Source: a virus
Lineage: Duplodnaviria > Caudoviricetes
Direction: 5' to 3' (one strand)
DNA length: 31,450 nt
IMG/VR virus record: IMGVR_UViG_3300012953_000119
Span: 1 to 31,450 of that record
In this document: positions 26,701 to 31,450 of the stretch, one piece after another
Layout: each line of letters begins with the position of its first letter
Position numbering within the stretch: position 1 is the stretch's first letter
The notes under the pieces: model-generated
Seen by the model: only the letters and a program-made list of their open reading frames with translations
Databases searched by the model: none
What the model was told of the DNA's origin: nothing
Made by a program: the position numbers and the translations under genes

Positions 26701-29700
26701 CTTATAATCTTTGATTATTATAAGACTCAAAATGAGACTAGTGGAGATCTTTTTAGTGCAAACTCTTATACAAAAGATAGATATACTTATGATATTCCAG
26801 CTATAGGTGGAAAAGATAGAGGAACTGATATATTAGACTTTAGACCAAGAGTAGTTCCTTTTAATCCAGCAATAACTTCAGGATCCCCATTTGATTTCAA
26901 TAATAGAGCATTTGAATCAACTACAAAATATGTGGTTGCTTCTAATGAAAGTTCTATTGTTGGATATACTTATTATCTACCTAGAATTGACAAATTAGTT
27001 ATTGATAAATTTGGTGCAAAGAAATTAGTAAAGGGTGTTTCTGCTGATAATCCAGCACCACCTACAGAAATAGGTCCCTCTATGGAAGTTGCTGAAATAA
27101 CACTTCCACCATACTTATATGATCCTGTAAGAGGACCTAAGATTAGATTATATGATAATAGAAGATATACTATGAGAGATATTGGTAAACTCGAAAAGAG
27201 AATCAATAATCTTGAAATAATGACTTCTCTTACTGCTTTAGAGAATGATACCAAATCTCTACAAGTTACTGATGCTGACGGTTTAAACAGATTTAAAACT
27301 GGATTTGTTGTAAATGATTTTAAAGATAGGAATTTCATTAATTTTAATAGAAATTCTGGATCTAGATGTGATGTTGATGTTGTTAATAAAGAATTAATAA
27401 GTGCTGTTGATTTCTGGTCATTACCTGCAAACTTAGCATATGATCCTGTTATTGATGAAAATAATGTAGATACTACTGCAAATCTTAAATTACTCGATCC
27501 AAATTGTCAAAAAACAGGAGATCTTATAACTTTAAAATATGATGAAGTTGCAAGTGAACTTAAAAACCTTCAAGCAACTCAAGTAGAAAATATTAACCCA
27601 TTTAATGTTATTGTTTTCGCTGGTCAGGTTCTTTTAGATCCACCTTCAGATAACTGGACTAGAACGATTTATATTGATAATCATAGAACAGAATCTACTG
27701 GTAATAGTTGGGCAGAACAATCTAATGTAGTTTCAGATACAACAGTAGTTGATACTGATGTTAATGTAACATCGGAAGAAGTTGAAGCTGATCAGGATAT
27801 ATTTGATGGTAATCATACTGATACAACTACATTAAGAACTACAACTACAACAAGAACTATAGAAAAAAGTTTCAGTAATACTTTAGAAGGTGACAATAAA
27901 GAATTTGATTATGTTGAAAGTATTAAGATTAGTGGAATGACTGATCCATATATGAGATCTAGAAATGTCAAATTTGATGCAAATGGATTGAAACCATTTA
28001 CTAAACATTTTACTTACTTAGATAGTGGAATTCCAGATATATTCCCTAAAGTAACTGAGATTGAAATGACATCTGGTACATTTAGTGTTGGTGAGGATGC
28101 TATTGTTTCTAAAAATGGTAAAGAGATTGCTAAAGTTAGAGTTTTAGCACCAAATCATAAGTATGGTGTTGCTGTAATTGCAATGAATGATATAACAGCA
28201 TCTGTAACTACATCTTCAGTTAATATAACAGGTGGAAGTGTTGAGACTTATAATGTAGATATTTTTGATAGAGATAGACCAGCACCATCAGATTTATATT
28301 CGGCAACTTCAAGGTTGTTTAATATTGATAGTGTAGCATTAGCAAATGATTCAAGGTATTATGGATTTATTACTTTGGGATGTAGTATTGTTGGAGAAAC
28401 TAGTGGTGCAACAGCAACAGTATCTAATGCAAATTTATATTCTGATAGTTGGGGTGATGTTTTAGGAACATTCTTCTTTAGAAATGCAGCAGCAGTTCCA
28501 GCACCACCAAATCTCTTTAGAAGTGGAACAAAAACATTTAAAGTAACAGCAGCACCAGTAGGAACAGTAACTCTACCTGGAAGCACTGCAATGGCAAGTG
28601 ATGCAACTGGAACATACTATGCAACTGGAACAATTCTAACACAAACTTCAAATATGGTTGGGGTTAGAAATCCACCAGAACCAGCACAAAGACCGAATGA
28701 AACAACTCAAGAAATATCAGTAAATGAAGAATCTGATACTGAAAGAGTAGAGGCTCCATATAGAGATCCTTTAGCACAATCATTCAGAGTTGATGAAACT
28801 GGAATGTTCTTAACATCAGTCGATGTTTATTTTGGAAGTAAAGATCCTAGTGCTAAGGTATATGTTGAAATTAGAGATGTTGAATTGGGAACACCAACCA
28901 ATTTCCTTGTTCAAGATTATGCACAAGTTTCATTAAATCCTAATGATATTCAAGTTTCTACTGATGCATCTATAGCAACTAATATTAGATTCCCATCACC
29001 AGTTTATCTTGAGGGTGGTAAGGAGTATGCAATTGTATTCCTATCACCAGCATCTGATTTATATGAGATGTGGTGTTCTACAATGGGACAGAAGACTGTT
29101 AAGACTTCTAATCTACCTGATGTTGAAAGTGTTGTTCATACTAAGCAATATATTGGTGGTAGTTTATTTAAATCACAAAACGGAACTATTTGGACACCAA
29201 GTCAGTATCAAGATCTAACATTCCAATTATATAAAGCAGCATTTGTCCCTAGCGGAACAGTTACTTTCTATAATGGTAATACATTTGCTGGTGGTTTAGA
29301 TGTTGGTTTCTTAGGTAATAACCCAGTTAGAACACTTCCTAGAAAATTAAAAGTTAAAGTTACTGGTCTTACTTCTACAGAAGCTCCTATAGGTAGAAAG
29401 ATGAGTACTGGTGCTCCTACCGATAAAGAAGATGTTAGTATTACTGGTATTATTGAACAGGTTGCAGCACCTATTGCTGTAGCAACACAACCAGAAATAG
29501 TACTTGGTGGTGCTGGTTATGAATTTACAAACCAATCATCTGATGCTGATCCAGTTGCTAATACTATTCCAATAAAATCAATAAGTGGGGATGGTTCTGG
29601 AGCAACTGCAACTATTACTATTGATGGTACTACTGGAGCAGTTAAACTTATTGAGAACATAACTGCTGGTAGTAGATTTGTTGTTGGTGATGTTATTACT

Positions 29701-31257
29701 ATCGATAATGAAAGTGGTTTAGTAAGTAAGGGTGCTGGTGCTAAATTTGCAATTAAAGAAATTGCTGGTACATTAGATACAATTTATTTAACTGATGTTC
29801 AAGGTGCAGTCTTTAAGCAAGGATCTGCATTAATACATTATGGAACTAATAATGATACTAGAACTCAAGCAACTGGTGCTTCAGTTGCAAATGATTCTGA
29901 GGTTCTTAGTGACCTTAACACTGGAAATGTTATTGAAGTTATTCAACCAAATCATGCTCATCATGGTGGAAATAATAAGGTTCAAATTAAAGGTCTTGAG
30001 CCAGATTCTTTAGCAACACAAACAACTTCAGCATTGAATGATGAAACTATTGTTGGTGTTGGAAATACAAATATCTTCACTCGGTTTGCTGGTATTACCA
30101 CTGATAGGGGAGAAGCATTAATTGAACAAGAAGTTATTTCATATGTTGTTGGTATGAATCAGTTAACTGTTGATGGTAGAGGATTGGGTGGATCAGTTAA
30201 GTCTCAACATCCAGTAGATGTAGTAATACAACCATATGAGATAAATGGATTCCCATTAGTTGGTATTAATAGCACTCTTAATGTTCCATCAAATCAAACC
30301 TTGAGAAATGCTTCAAATATAGATAACTATTATTTGGAAATTGATAGAGGAACTGGACCTAGATCTGAAAACGTAGCAGACAATCCAACTCTTGTATGTT
30401 TTACTACTGAAAAGGGTGTTGGTGGTTACAATGTTGGTATATCACAAAATCATCAATTTAATACTCTTTCACCTCAATTTAATGTAATTACTCCTGGTAA
30501 AGGGACTCGTGCTACAACTGCAGTTAGAACTGTTAGTGGTACAAGTGCTGGTGGAAATGAACCTTCATTTATTGATCAAGGTTTTGAGCCAACAATATTA
30601 AATGAAACTACATTCTTCCCAACACCTAGATTAGCAGCATCTAGGGTAAATGAAGTGGCAAGATTAGAAACTCTACCTAAACATAAATCAATAGCAGTAA
30701 AAGTTGATATGTCATCAAGTGATAAGAATTTATCACCTGTTCTTGATACAAAGTATGCTACATTAGTTCTTGGTAGAAATAAAATAAACAAACCAATTGA
30801 TAATTATATTGAAGATACTAGATCTTTACCTATATCAGACGATCCACATGGTTCTATATTTGTATCTAAGAAAGTTTCTTTGAAACAACCTGCTACATCA
30901 CTTAAGGTATTTGTTGCTGGTAATGTTCAACCAGAAGCAGACTTTAGAGTATTCTATAGATTATTCACTGCAGATTCTAGTGAAGTTTCTCAATCATATA
31001 GAGCATTCCCTGGATTTAAAAACTTAATAGATACTGATGGTGATGGTTTTGGTGATGATATAATTAATCTAGGATTGAATGATGGTACAGCAGATGCATA
31101 TGTTAAACCAAGTGGTTTAAATAATTTCTCAGAGTATCAATTTACTATGAATGAATTAGAACCATTTGATGGGTTTACAATTAAAATTGTAATGTCATCT
31201 ACTAATGAGTGCGTTCCTGTTAGATTAAAAGACTTTAGAGCAATTGCATTAGCGTAA
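23746..31257 (+). CDS. VrlC-like (DUF4815-type) large virion structural protein, 2503 aa
   Basis: N-terminal NLNISPYYDDFD...YKVLFKPGFPVQARELTTLQSILQNQ; APGADRFKI; RRYTMRDIGKLEKRI; DPLAQSF; GSLFKSQNG; directly after gp8. Confidence 0.85.
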   Translation: MPQKTNLNISPYYDDFDKADNFYKVLFKPGFPVQARELTTLQSILQNQVESFGSHIFKEGSMVIPGGVTYDSTYFSVKVNPDHLGVDVTVYLDALINNNNGKGTRVVGQNSQIVGTIKNYILPPNEGVEDITIFLKYNESGVDSSSEMFPHEEILTLKENVTYGNTTINSGETILTVLSEDPSHIGSAVGVDAGIYFIRGTFVDVPKSLIILEPYSNKPSYRVGLEIVETIINANDDPSLNDNAKGFTNYAAPGADRFKISTKLAKKALLDFEDTNFVELVRVRDGEIKKLQKTTQYSLIRDYLATRTFDESGNYGVKPFRVNIQNSLNDEIRTNGLYLEDQKTDEGRDPNDDLMCVKLSSGRAYVRGYDVDVWNKVIDIEKPRDTKTIKSSSVPFRMGSLLKVNNAEGTPWINVGGGTANVIGLYNRRKGTGNVDPSGNGPTGSNAIKIGDARVYSFSLSDAPFSGDVTEWDLHLYDIQTYTILQISNPGANIVTTVPLSSRVRGLSSGAVGYVVNHTGNPNEISLSQTTGSFIQGEKLIFNEKVGTSNSSVLKALIYTTEDIKSVWQDSDTLNSSLVSDFSADSVLYDRILPNFSSFDSLTVTGANNGNSAAARSPRRRFVGKVGIKTDSVVGYSTDLGDQTYNRVVSISADGSQMALAPVETISDVNNGRILAGVTTSNIFRVKSPKIINLNNSGLYAKMPKKNVSAVDLSDANLVIKRQVTGKTPSSGTLSLSTSDALDVGITSAFFEPYDAEKYSIHYDNGSIEPLTYDQVTVTNNGNDITFRGLSLNNPCTVEVTLKKVGLLTRSKDYIRSQQLEITRTVGVSTNSALTKSDWYGVRVEDSEISLNVPDVVKIHAIYESKNNVTATLDRLTFVSGLALDTNTIIGEKIVGKSSRAIGQIVNRVSATEIEFVYLNDNTFSKGETVNFKESNIETNLQKITIGNYTNKTTNYTLDKGHKKQYSDYSKLVRNNSSSIPSNRLLIIFDYYKTQNETSGDLFSANSYTKDRYTYDIPAIGGKDRGTDILDFRPRVVPFNPAITSGSPFDFNNRAFESTTKYVVASNESSIVGYTYYLPRIDKLVIDKFGAKKLVKGVSADNPAPPTEIGPSMEVAEITLPPYLYDPVRGPKIRLYDNRRYTMRDIGKLEKRINNLEIMTSLTALENDTKSLQVTDADGLNRFKTGFVVNDFKDRNFINFNRNSGSRCDVDVVNKELISAVDFWSLPANLAYDPVIDENNVDTTANLKLLDPNCQKTGDLITLKYDEVASELKNLQATQVENINPFNVIVFAGQVLLDPPSDNWTRTIYIDNHRTESTGNSWAEQSNVVSDTTVVDTDVNVTSEEVEADQDIFDGNHTDTTTLRTTTTTRTIEKSFSNTLEGDNKEFDYVESIKISGMTDPYMRSRNVKFDANGLKPFTKHFTYLDSGIPDIFPKVTEIEMTSGTFSVGEDAIVSKNGKEIAKVRVLAPNHKYGVAVIAMNDITASVTTSSVNITGGSVETYNVDIFDRDRPAPSDLYSATSRLFNIDSVALANDSRYYGFITLGCSIVGETSGATATVSNANLYSDSWGDVLGTFFFRNAAAVPAPPNLFRSGTKTFKVTAAPVGTVTLPGSTAMASDATGTYYATGTILTQTSNMVGVRNPPEPAQRPNETTQEISVNEESDTERVEAPYRDPLAQSFRVDETGMFLTSVDVYFGSKDPSAKVYVEIRDVELGTPTNFLVQDYAQVSLNPNDIQVSTDASIATNIRFPSPVYLEGGKEYAIVFLSPASDLYEMWCSTMGQKTVKTSNLPDVESVVHTKQYIGGSLFKSQNGTIWTPSQYQDLTFQLYKAAFVPSGTVTFYNGNTFAGGLDVGFLGNNPVRTLPRKLKVKVTGLTSTEAPIGRKMSTGAPTDKEDVSITGIIEQVAAPIAVATQPEIVLGGAGYEFTNQSSDADPVANTIPIKSISGDGSGATATITIDGTTGAVKLIENITAGSRFVVGDVITIDNESGLVSKGAGAKFAIKEIAGTLDTIYLTDVQGAVFKQGSALIHYGTNNDTRTQATGASVANDSEVLSDLNTGNVIEVIQPNHAHHGGNNKVQIKGLEPDSLATQTTSALNDETIVGVGNTNIFTRFAGITTDRGEALIEQEVISYVVGMNQLTVDGRGLGGSVKSQHPVDVVIQPYEINGFPLVGINSTLNVPSNQTLRNASNIDNYYLEIDRGTGPRSENVADNPTLVCFTTEKGVGGYNVGISQNHQFNTLSPQFNVITPGKGTRATTAVRTVSGTSAGGNEPSFIDQGFEPTILNETTFFPTPRLAASRVNEVARLETLPKHKSIAVKVDMSSSDKNLSPVLDTKYATLVLGRNKINKPIDNYIEDTRSLPISDDPHGSIFVSKKVSLKQPATSLKVFVAGNVQPEADFRVFYRLFTADSSEVSQSYRAFPGFKNLIDTDGDGFGDDIINLGLNDGTADAYVKPSGLNNFSEYQFTMNELEPFDGFTIKIVMSSTNECVPVRLKDFRAIALA

Positions 31258-31450
31258 TGAGAACTTTTCAAGAATTTCAACAACTATGTGAAGGTGGTCT
31301 AGCAAGACAATTAAGTAATGCTAGAACTAAAGATACTGGTCACATCTCTGCAGATCGTGGATCTGATGAAGGTGGGAACCGTAAGAAGAGAAAAGGTCTT
31401 GAAAAGGATTTAAAGAAAAAAGGTATTGGTTATAAGAAAACAACTGGTAA
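31257..31450 (+). CDS. 5' part of a putative internal head protein with a T4-like capsid-targeting sequence (3'-truncated)
   Basis: TAATG coupling to the upstream gene; MRTFQEFQQLCEGGLARQLSNARTKDTGHISADRG... is open to the window end. Confidence 0.7.
   Translation, partial: MRTFQEFQQLCEGGLARQLSNARTKDTGHISADRGSDEGGNRKKRKGLEKDLKKKGIGYKKTTG

Noticed and set aside
8171-30791. Short minus-strand and alternate-frame ORFs inside the gp7-like and VrlC-like genes (e.g. 17185-17370, 26973-27338, 29009-29218)
   Set aside because: Expected by-products of codon bias in long genes; no recognisable domains.

Overview
A 31.4-kb fragment of a T4-like marine cyanophage (cyanomyovirus). The AT-rich structural genes suggest a Prochlorococcus-type host, which is an inference. 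All credible genes are on the + strand, in three zones. (1) 1-1983 is the end of an early-gene array of at least nine tiny ORFs (44-76 aa), six of them missed by the ORF track. They are separated by recurring ~30-60-bp elements made of a GC hairpin and a sigma70 -10 box; four elements also carry a full or half TGTGCCAGT-N6-ACTGGCACA palindrome lying across the upstream stop codon. (2) 1984-4900 holds a GC-rich structured non-coding switch region, then sigma70-driven genes: an AbrB-like regulator, two 2OG-Fe(II) oxygenases, a GT2-like glycosyltransferase and small conserved ORFs, closed by a terminator. (3) 4909-31450 is a late baseplate module with TATAAATA promoters: gp25, gp6, a 4930-aa gp7-like wedge protein containing nested ('Russian-doll') repeat domains, gp8, a 2503-aa VrlC-like protein, and the start of a protein with a T4-type capsid-targeting N-terminus. 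I saw no tRNA, CRISPR array or mobile element. All calls come from reading motifs by eye; no database searches were run.
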